IMG/VR virus record: IMGVR_UViG_3300016667_000636
Coordinates: 1 to 47,614 of that record
Reading direction: 5' to 3' (one strand)
DNA from: a virus
Taxonomy: Duplodnaviria; Caudoviricetes
DNA length: 47,614 bases
The notes under the pieces were generated by a model, which worked only from the letters and a program-made list of their open reading frames with translations, did no database searches and was not told the DNA's origin. Positions 36,248 through 43,475 of the stretch are shown here, one piece after another (within the stretch, counting starts at the first letter, position 1; the number at the start of each line of letters is the position of its first letter). The translations under genes were made by a program, and so were the position numbers.

Positions 36248-36558
36248 GCAGCGAAGAGCAGTTGGAGTTTCTTTTCACGCTCCCGTTCGGGAGCGAAAAC
36301 ACGGCGAAGATTGACCAGATGATGGAGTCAGTTGAGCGGCCGACCGATGACATGCCGGACACTGAAATCGGCAATCACTACTATGCCCCGATCCGCAAGG
36401 CCTGCGTTGACGCCGGCCTTGTTGAGGTTGAGCCGATGGTCATCGGTGCTATCTGGCGCGGCACCATGCCGCAGATAATCGCCGCCGTGATGGCGCTGCC
36501 TGACTGGGCGCAGGGGTTTGCGTGGCGAGTGAAAGACGATGAAGAGCCCAAGTCCTGA
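36244..36558 (+). CDS. hypothetical protein
   Basis: 104 aa, coupled start. Confidence 0.6.
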   Translation: MSSEEQLEFLFTLPFGSENTAKIDQMMESVERPTDDMPDTEIGNHYYAPIRKACVDAGLVEVEPMVIGAIWRGTMPQIIAAVMALPDWAQGFAWRVKDDEEPKS

Positions 36559-36739
36559 TGAGGTCAAGGCCGCCCGGCAGCGGGCGGGCCTTACACAGGC
36601 CGCCGCCGCAGCGCTGATCTACTGCGGCTGGCGAGCTTGGCAGGAATGGGAGGCCGGGAACCGCCGGATGCACCCGGCGTATTGGGAGCTGTGGACGCTC
36701 AAAATCAATTCGACGGCCGAAGTCTCATCATCAGCCTAG
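36539..36739 (+). CDS. Xre/Cro-type helix-turn-helix transcriptional regulator
   Basis: VKAARQRAGLTQAAAAALI....RAWQEWEAGNRRM. Confidence 0.85.
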   Translation: MKSPSPDEVKAARQRAGLTQAAAAALIYCGWRAWQEWEAGNRRMHPAYWELWTLKINSTAEVSSSA

Positions 36740-37196
36740 TTGCGCCGGGCGCTTGGCTCAGCAGTCTCTTCAGCAGCGCAAGGCCGCCGAATCCGCCGGC
36801 CATGCGCCCGGTCTCATAGGCCAGCCCTTCTCCCTGTAGCCCAGCTCGGTCAGCGAGGTAGTCGCTGCCCATGTAAGGCCTCTCAGCGTCAGCCCCGAGC
36901 AGATTGCGGATTGAGCGAGCGTAGGGGTTGCCGCCCTCGGGCGGCGACAGCGGCAGCATCGACAGGATGTCTGCTGGGCCGCCGGCCCAGTCGGCGCCGC
37001 TCCGCAAGAAGCCCATGCCGAAATCTTTGGCGTTCTTTACTGGCCCCTCGCTAATCGAGCGGGCCATTCCCGTGAGGGCTTCAGCGGCTAGCTGCTTTCG
37101 GTATCTGTTGGCCAGCTCCAGCAGGCCGGGGTCGGGCTCAGGCGCCTGCGGGAAGTATCCCTCGGGCGGATAAATGTATTCGTAGTCTTCGTCCAT
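36705..37196 (-). CDS. hypothetical protein of the polyvalent cluster
   Basis: 163 aa directly downstream of the 715-aa gene; GGPAD...PYMGSDYL; convergent overlap with the HTH gene. Confidence 0.6.
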   Translation of the reverse strand: MDEDYEYIYPPEGYFPQAPEPDPGLLELANRYRKQLAAEALTGMARSISEGPVKNAKDFGMGFLRSGADWAGGPADILSMLPLSPPEGGNPYARSIRNLLGADAERPYMGSDYLADRAGLQGEGLAYETGRMAGGFGGLALLKRLLSQAPGATRLMMRLRPSN

Positions 37197-37202
37197 TCCG
37201 CC

Positions 37203-39350
37203 TTACTCGTATTTTTTGAGGATGCTGCGCAGGCCTTCGCTGATGAGCGGGCCGACGACCTCGCGGGTCATGGCTGGGGCCATGCCGTTGCCGACAATTC
37301 GCTTTGCGAGGCTATGATCATCAGGGAGCGGATAGCTGTCCGACAGCCCCAGCAACCGAGCGTAGGAGCGGCCGTTCAGCGCTCGCACATCGCCGCCCGG
37401 CAGCACGACTCGGTCAACTTGAACTGGGCTTGCCAGCACCGTGATGCCGGGTCTTCCGGCGAAAGCCAGTGGGATTTCTCCCTTGAATCCTGTGCCGCCG
37501 CCGACCAGTAGCGGCAGCTTGGGGTTGGCCGGGTCGATGCCTCGCTCAGCGAGTCGCTTGAGCTGCCACGGCGCCAATTCGGAGGGCCGCATGAGGTCAA
37601 TCTGATCCTCGATGGCCGGGAACCAGTCGCCGGGCTTGGGGAAGTACTGCTGGGCCGGCGGAAGTTCGCCGCCGAGCATTGCGCGTACCATCATGCGATT
37701 GCGGATGCTGGGAGCGCCAAGGTCGGCTGCGTTGTGGCGAACGATGTCCCAGTTGTAGCCCTGCTCGTTCAGTTCATCCGCAATCTTGCGGAACGCCTGC
37801 CGACCTTGGTAGGCCGGCACGTTCTCCAGCGTGAACAGCGGCGGCCGGATGTCCCTGATGGCGCGAGCCGTCGCGTCAGCCGTCATGAGGTCTATGGGGC
37901 TCTCGACGCGGCACCCAGCGCTGCTGTAATTGGTGCAGCTTGGACTGGCGTGAAGGTAGTCCACCTCGCCTGCCATCGGCCGGAAGTCGATGTCTCGCAC
38001 ATCAGCGTTGGCCACAGGGCCGCCATGAACTCTCTCATAATGCTGCGCAATTTCTGGGTTGATTTCGACCGCGCCGGCCCTCCTGACCATGCCCTCAAGC
38101 GCGTGCTCGGCCGTGCCGCCGCCGCTGAAAATGGACATCATGCGAGGCAGGTATTTGTCCGCCAGCCCCACAAGGCCTCCCCTCGCGTACTCCTCTGGCT
38201 CGGCGGCCAACAGGTCAGGCGCCGCCAGCCCTAGAGCCGCTGCGGTGGCAGCGTCTTTTCGCCACGGGTCGAAGGCTGCGAATTTTGAGCGCACTTGGTC
38301 TGGGCGAAATGGGATGACTACCTGATGCGCTGCGCCACCCATCTTGCCTCCGGTGTCAAGGATTCCGTTGTAGCCCAGCTTCTCAAGCTGAGCGGTAACC
38401 TTGTCTGGTATCGATGTCCAAACAAACGAGTTCTTGCCCTCTGACAGGTCAGCCTCAAGCTGGTTTACCCAGTCTCGCGGCGTAAAGTGAGCGCGTTTGT
38501 CCCAAGGGTCTACGCCGAGCTTGAGTCGCGTGCGGTCGTTCTTGAATTGCTCCTTGAGGAACGGCACCACCGTGTCTTGAAGAGCTGCCAAGTCAGATGT
38601 ATTGAGCGGGTTGCTGATCATGGCCTTCCCGGTGAACACGCCCTTGGCCGACGCCCAAGGGGCGTTGGTTTGCGTGATTTCATAGGGGAATCCCGCCAAC
38701 TTGTAAATGTCTGACAACTCAGTCGGTGCGTATGGGTCGAGCGTTCCGCTTTCGGCAAAAATTGCCCGAAGCGCGGACAGCGGGTTCCCCTTCGCCTCGC
38801 GTTTCAACATGTAGTCCCAGTGTTCTTTAGATGACGGCGCCCCTTCGACGGTAGGATGCAGCGTCCATGCGCCCTCGGCCTCCGCTGGATTTGCGTAGCC
38901 AATGCGCGGCGCCTTGTCTAGGATTTCCGCCTTTTTCTCTGGCCGCAGAAAGTGCCAAGCCTGCTCGACGTTGATCGGAGTCTTGCCCCGCAGGCCCATT
39001 GACCTCGGCATCACTTGGAAGTAGTTGGCTATGTTGCCCTCGTCATTGAGGCGCAGAGAGGTGTCCGCCTTGCCTTCAGCGTATCTCGAAGCCAGCTCCG
39101 GCGAGTCGGTGCCGAATGGCATCGGGCCAGAGGTTGCGCGTTTTGGATCTGGCAGTCGGCTAGACAGGAACCTGTCTAGTCGGTCAGTGCCGTGCAGATA
39201 GTCAATCGCGCCCATCGCTGCCGCACGCTCCGCAGGAGTGTTGTCGGGGCGCAGCCCAAGGCCATGTCGTTCAATCGGCAGTGCAGCCCGTTCCTGCGCG
39301 AGCTTCAGCGCCTTTTCCATCAGGGCCGCAAGGCCTCCTTTACCGCTCAC
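37203..39350 (-). CDS. fusion of an ADP-ribosyltransferase-like domain and a C5 DNA-cytosine methyltransferase
   Basis: N-half YLHGT...FGTDSPELASRYA...LGYNGI; C-half IFSGGG (I), ASPSC (IV), LENV (VI), RNR (VIII), RLLGL (IX), GNGM (X); joined by YARGG. Confidence 0.8.
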   Translation of the reverse strand: MSGKGGLAALMEKALKLAQERAALPIERHGLGLRPDNTPAERAAAMGAIDYLHGTDRLDRFLSSRLPDPKRATSGPMPFGTDSPELASRYAEGKADTSLRLNDEGNIANYFQVMPRSMGLRGKTPINVEQAWHFLRPEKKAEILDKAPRIGYANPAEAEGAWTLHPTVEGAPSSKEHWDYMLKREAKGNPLSALRAIFAESGTLDPYAPTELSDIYKLAGFPYEITQTNAPWASAKGVFTGKAMISNPLNTSDLAALQDTVVPFLKEQFKNDRTRLKLGVDPWDKRAHFTPRDWVNQLEADLSEGKNSFVWTSIPDKVTAQLEKLGYNGILDTGGKMGGAAHQVVIPFRPDQVRSKFAAFDPWRKDAATAAALGLAAPDLLAAEPEEYARGGLVGLADKYLPRMMSIFSGGGTAEHALEGMVRRAGAVEINPEIAQHYERVHGGPVANADVRDIDFRPMAGEVDYLHASPSCTNYSSAGCRVESPIDLMTADATARAIRDIRPPLFTLENVPAYQGRQAFRKIADELNEQGYNWDIVRHNAADLGAPSIRNRMMVRAMLGGELPPAQQYFPKPGDWFPAIEDQIDLMRPSELAPWQLKRLAERGIDPANPKLPLLVGGGTGFKGEIPLAFAGRPGITVLASPVQVDRVVLPGGDVRALNGRSYARLLGLSDSYPLPDDHSLAKRIVGNGMAPAMTREVVGPLISEGLRSILKKYE

Positions 39351-40842
39351 TGTCGTCTGCCAGTAGGTCTGGTGCGGCTAGACCCAGTGCTGCGGCGATT
39401 CCTGAGTTCATGCGCCAAGGGTCGAACACCGCAAAGCGGGAGCGGATGTTGTCTGGATCCATCACTGCAATTTCATCGAGCGAGCCATCGTTGTAGACCT
39501 CCATCGAGTCAGGCGTGCGCCTGAGCCTCAAGGGCTCAAATCCTGAGCCTACTCGCACCGGGTTGTCAGCCTTGAGCAGCACTGGGTACATCGTCGCTCT
39601 GTCGCCTACTGCATAGTGCTCGGCGTAGTCTGGCCGAGGGCTGAAAAAGCTCCCGTCGCGAAAATTCATGTAGCCGTAAGGTTTGTTGTCGGCAACAGCC
39701 TGCCGATACCGATCTAGCACTCCGGCCTCGTCATCGGTGTTGAGCCGAAACCTTTTGATGTCTGGGCTGCTGCTGCCGTGATACGCCGGCACCGTGAATC
39801 CCATCGCCTCGGCCCTCTCCGCAGGGGTGTTGAGAGGATGCAGCCCAAGCCCATGCTGCTCGACTGGTAACGCTGCTCGCTCTTGCGCAAGCTTAAGCGC
39901 TCGCTCCATCAGGGAGACGAGGCCGCCCTTGGCCATGCCCGGCCGCAGGATGCGGATGAGGTCGTTGTGGGTCGTCCGTTCGTTTCCAACTCTGTCCCAA
40001 ATGGCGTGGTGAGCGAGGTGCTGGTACTTTTCTAACAGCGCTGGGTCTAGCCCCAGCTCAAGCGCCGCCTGCCGAGCCGCCTGACGGTCAACCGCCTCGT
40101 AGCCGCCGATGGGCCGCCCATCAATCGACCGACTCATGTACTTGCCAATCAGCTTGCTCGGCAATCCGGTTTGCAAGACGACCTGTCGAGTGTCGAACGT
40201 CGGGATGTCGCCACGCCCAAACATGCTGGCTAAGAATCCAGACTTGCCCGCCGAGACGCCATCGACGCCCTCAGTAAACCGACGCCAGTCGTCAGCGGAG
40301 CCAAGCACCAAGTCGTTAAGCTCAGCCCCTCGCGGCGCTAGCTCCTCGGCTGCGTACCTGAGCGATTCTGCAAGCTCATTCTGACGACCAAACGGCCGGA
40401 ATCCGCGCCGGATGTCCTCGATGGCCTCAAGGTCGGCAACACCAGTTGAGCCGAGGTCTAGATACCTCTGGCCCAGCGGGCTCATCAGCCAGTTGGCGAA
40501 CGCGCCCTCCGGCCGGATTTGCCCGGGTTCTGCGTCGTAGATTTTGAGCCCAGACTTGACCAGTGACTCAGGATCTCTGGCGTTTCGCATGATCGAGCTT
40601 GAGACAATGCCATAACCCTTGAGCAAGTCTCTCGGCCCCAGCTCCCCGCGCCGCGCCCGGTCGGTCTGGTCAAGCATGAACTGGCCGAAATTGTCTTGTA
40701 TGTAGGCCGGCACCTCATCGATGTAGCCGGTATCCCGATGCACATCGGTCAGCGGGCGCCACTGCCAGTCCTCGATCTTGGTCGTCGCCGGGTCGAGGTA
40801 CTTCTCAACCAGCTCAGCGATGCTTTTGATCCGCGACGGCAT
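39340..40842 (-). CDS. fusion of an HhH DNA-glycosylase-like domain and an ADP-ribosyltransferase-like domain
   Basis: VDGVSAGKSGFLASMFGRGDIPTFDTR (HhH with Lys and Asp), HHAIWD; after MAKGG: AYHGS...SFFSPRPDYAEHYA...MYPVLL...EIAV. Confidence 0.7.
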   Translation of the reverse strand: MPSRIKSIAELVEKYLDPATTKIEDWQWRPLTDVHRDTGYIDEVPAYIQDNFGQFMLDQTDRARRGELGPRDLLKGYGIVSSSIMRNARDPESLVKSGLKIYDAEPGQIRPEGAFANWLMSPLGQRYLDLGSTGVADLEAIEDIRRGFRPFGRQNELAESLRYAAEELAPRGAELNDLVLGSADDWRRFTEGVDGVSAGKSGFLASMFGRGDIPTFDTRQVVLQTGLPSKLIGKYMSRSIDGRPIGGYEAVDRQAARQAALELGLDPALLEKYQHLAHHAIWDRVGNERTTHNDLIRILRPGMAKGGLVSLMERALKLAQERAALPVEQHGLGLHPLNTPAERAEAMGFTVPAYHGSSSPDIKRFRLNTDDEAGVLDRYRQAVADNKPYGYMNFRDGSFFSPRPDYAEHYAVGDRATMYPVLLKADNPVRVGSGFEPLRLRRTPDSMEVYNDGSLDEIAVMDPDNIRSRFAVFDPWRMNSGIAAALGLAAPDLLADDSER

Positions 40843-40843
40843 G

Positions 40844-41098
40844 TCAGCAGTTCCAAGCCCGCAGAGACAAGGCCTTGCGCGTCGGCTTGCCCTTCTCGTC
40901 CCTCATCGGGCCGGGCATGCCGCCCATGCGGGCACAAAACGACTTGCGCCGCGCGGCGTCCTTTTCGGTCTTCGGGTGCGGTGCCGGCGGCTTGAGGTTC
41001 ATCCCCTCCGCTTTGGCTGAGGCTCTGCCTTTGGCGTTTAGACCGCCCTTCGGGTTCTTGCCCTCCTTGCGCGTCCACGCTGGGGTTTTAGGCGGCAT
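40844..41098 (-). CDS. small basic conserved phage protein (DUF6321-like)
   Basis: MPPKTPAWTRKEGKNPKGGLNAKGRAS...RRKSFCARM...LRAWNC; true start at 41098. Confidence 0.75.
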   Translation of the reverse strand: MPPKTPAWTRKEGKNPKGGLNAKGRASAKAEGMNLKPPAPHPKTEKDAARRKSFCARMGGMPGPMRDEKGKPTRKALSLRAWNC

Positions 41099-42659
41099 AT
41101 GGATTTGTCCTCGCTTTCTTGTGCTCGCGCGGGTCGTCGCGCTCCCGCGCGACTGGTAGCTCAAACCAGCCCTCATCGCGCAGGAAAATGATGGCCTGCG
41201 TGAAAGTGTCCACATAATCGTCGTGCTCAGCAACCGGAAATTTCGCGAGCTGCTTGACGAACGCCTGCGCCCATGTCGCCGGGTGGTCGGGCGTTTTTGA
41301 AGATTCGGGAATCCAGACCAGCCCCAGTTCCAGCGTAGGCGACGCCTGATGCGCTCGGCTGATCTTGTCGGCGTTTCCGGGGTTGTAGCCAACCGCCGGG
41401 ACTTTGGCGAGCCGCAGGTCTTGCAGCAGGCTTTGGCCGCTGGCCTTGGCCTCGACCAGCACCCTGTCAGGCCGGCGCGGCCGGGCGTATGGGTTGTCCT
41501 TGGTCTTGCCGCCGCCGCCGTACTCGCTTGACCACTCGTCAATTGCCCTCTGCCTCAGCTCCGGGTAGCTGAGGTACTCGTCCCAAGCATCGAGCAGCAT
41601 CACCTGCCGCTCGCCCCTGTGCGTGAAAATTCCCCAGACTGTGCAGGCTGTCGGGTCTCCAGTTGACCTTTCCGTAAACGCGCAGTCATAGCTTTGGAGG
41701 ATGTATTCAAACTGAGGCAGCCCCTCGTCGGCGGGCCAGAGCTGAAGGTGCTTGGTTTTGAGGATGCCGCCATCAGCAGGGGTCGGGTCTTGCTGAAGCT
41801 GCCCCGCCGTGCCGTAAGTGCCCAGAGCCTGCTTGAGCGCCGCGATTTCGGCCTCGCCGAATCGGTCAGGGCAGATGAGTTCCCCAACCGTCTTGCGCGG
41901 ATCGTAGGCTCCTAGCGAGGTCGTGCGCCGCACACCGTCATACTCGGCTGGGATGCAGATGTGCTCCCATCCGCCGCGCTCAAGGATGTGGCCGCTAACG
42001 TCCTGCTCGTGCAACCGCTGCATGACGACCACCATTGAATCGGTTTTCGGGTTGTTCAGCCGGGTTGACCACACCATGTCGAACCACTCCAGCGTCGATT
42101 CGCGCAGAGTGTCGGACTGGGCCTCCTGAGCCGAGTGCGGGTCGTCGAGGATCAGCCGGCTGCCGCCCTCGCCGGTCGCCGTTCCGCCGACACTGGTCGC
42201 GATGCGGTAGCCCGTCTTGTCGTTCTCAAACCTCTGCTTCGCGTTCTGGTCGCCGGCCAGCGCGAACAGATGGCCCCAGCGCGACTGGAACCACGGCGAC
42301 TGCACCAGCCGCCGCGCTTTGAGGTTGTCCCTGATGGACAGCGTGCCGCTGTAGCTCGCGCACAGGAATTTCTGCTCCGGCGTCGAAAGCCACTCCCACA
42401 TAGGCCACATCACGCTGACGATGGTCGATTTTGAGTGTCGAGGCGGGATGTTGATCAGCAGCCGCCGGATGTCGCCGGCACTGACCGCCTCCAGATGCTC
42501 GCAAATTTGCTCGATATGCCAGCTCGCGACGAACGGGATGCCCGGCTCGACGACATGCCAAGCCTGCCGCACAAACTCGTACAGGCTCGCACTGGCCGAG
42601 CGCTTGACTAGCTCGGCGTCTACCGCCGCCTTGAGCGCTGCTGCGGTCAGCAGCGTCAC
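41088..42659 (-). CDS. terL: terminase large subunit
   Basis: INIPPRHSKS (Walker A), LILDDP (Walker B), VMQRLH, QSYDCA, EAKASG and HDDYVD nuclease motifs. Confidence 0.95.
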   Translation of the reverse strand: MTLLTAAALKAAVDAELVKRSASASLYEFVRQAWHVVEPGIPFVASWHIEQICEHLEAVSAGDIRRLLINIPPRHSKSTIVSVMWPMWEWLSTPEQKFLCASYSGTLSIRDNLKARRLVQSPWFQSRWGHLFALAGDQNAKQRFENDKTGYRIATSVGGTATGEGGSRLILDDPHSAQEAQSDTLRESTLEWFDMVWSTRLNNPKTDSMVVVMQRLHEQDVSGHILERGGWEHICIPAEYDGVRRTTSLGAYDPRKTVGELICPDRFGEAEIAALKQALGTYGTAGQLQQDPTPADGGILKTKHLQLWPADEGLPQFEYILQSYDCAFTERSTGDPTACTVWGIFTHRGERQVMLLDAWDEYLSYPELRQRAIDEWSSEYGGGGKTKDNPYARPRRPDRVLVEAKASGQSLLQDLRLAKVPAVGYNPGNADKISRAHQASPTLELGLVWIPESSKTPDHPATWAQAFVKQLAKFPVAEHDDYVDTFTQAIIFLRDEGWFELPVARERDDPREHKKARTNPYAA

Positions 42660-42988
42660 TGGACGACCCGAGAGACGCCCTCAATCGCCGGCCGCTCAGC
42701 GAGCCCGGCCTTGCCAAGCATCGCCTGCATCTGCCGGAGTTCAGCGTCGCTGAGGTTGCCGAGCGAGACCACCGCCTCGACAGTCGTCGTTGACTCCTGC
42801 TTGACCTGTAGCGGCAACACCTTGCCGACCAGCGCCATGAACGGCCCCGGGTTCTCGACCGCCTGCTGCGCGAGGTACGCCACGCCGCCGGCCTCCGAGA
42901 GCGCCGTTAAAATCATGTCCTTCAGCGCCGCCGTATTTTTGTTAGGCGTGCCCGGTTTCCGGCCGCCCTGTCTAACACCCTTTGGCAT
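42656..42988 (-). CDS. terS: terminase small subunit
   Basis: GGRKPGTPNK..., GGVAYL...NP..F..LVGKVLP; directly upstream of terL. Confidence 0.8.
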   Translation of the reverse strand: MPKGVRQGGRKPGTPNKNTAALKDMILTALSEAGGVAYLAQQAVENPGPFMALVGKVLPLQVKQESTTTVEAVVSLGNLSDAELRQMQAMLGKAGLAERPAIEGVSRVVQ

Positions 42989-43036
42989 GTCTTCTCAGCG
43001 CTACTTAAGCGCCTCCTCTATTTGTTTGCGATTAAT

Positions 43037-43279
43037 TCAACCGCAATTTTTAACGCTAAATCTAAAACATTCCGGCGCAAGCCAATGGCATTCGCACTCA
43101 CCGCTCTTGGTCTCATGCGGCCATAGGATAACCCATCCATCCCCCTGCCGGTCGAAACTATCGGCCGCGAGCGCGGCCTGAGCGGCCACCATCGCCAACG
43201 TCATCTGTCGGAAGCCCCTGCGGTACTCCCGCAGGATGCTCACCAGCTCTGCCATCCCCCTGCGCGTCATCAAGACCAT
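43037..43279 (-). CDS. hypothetical protein
   Basis: 80 aa, GGGGAGG RBS. Confidence 0.5.
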   Translation of the reverse strand: MVLMTRRGMAELVSILREYRRGFRQMTLAMVAAQAALAADSFDRQGDGWVILWPHETKSGECECHWLAPECFRFSVKNCG

Positions 43280-43291
43280 TCTGCCCTCCCC

Positions 43292-43475
43292 GTAACGTAC
43301 TGGCCGACCCGGTAACGCCGGTAACTGACGTAACTCCCTATAGGGAGGGAGTTACGTTACGTTACGTTCGGCGCTACTTTTGCCCCCGGTAACCGTTACC
43401 CTCCAGTTACGAGACGTTACGTTCCGTTACCCGGTAACTAAACGTAACGGTTACCCGAAAATTACGTTACGTTAC
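43292..43475. repeat. GTAAC/GTTAC iteron-like array with central palindrome; candidate replication origin
   Basis: 17 copies counted by eye (7 GTAAC, 10 GTTAC); ACGTAACTCCCT-ATAGGG-AGGGAGTTACGT inverted repeat; directly downstream of the primase-helicase. Confidence 0.75.

Noticed and set aside
36539-36739. HTH gene as a lysogeny repressor indicating a prophage
   Set aside because: No integrase, no peptidase S24 domain and no host genes in the window; lifestyle cannot be called
37203-38189. Methyltransferase as part of a restriction-modification system
   Set aside because: No adjacent endonuclease recognised; it is fused to an ART-like domain in a late gene cluster
40844-41542. 232-aa ORF overlapping the terL 3' end
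   Set aside because: Only the last 84 aa (from 41098) look like a real protein; the rest is an alternative frame of terL
4645-42988. Alternative genetic code, introns or inteins in structural genes
   Set aside because: Genes are intact and tightly packed under the standard code; no intein or intron signatures noticed in terL, portal or primase
43292-43475. Possible CRISPR array
   Set aside because: Repeats are 5-mers in both orientations with no regular unique spacers; no cas genes
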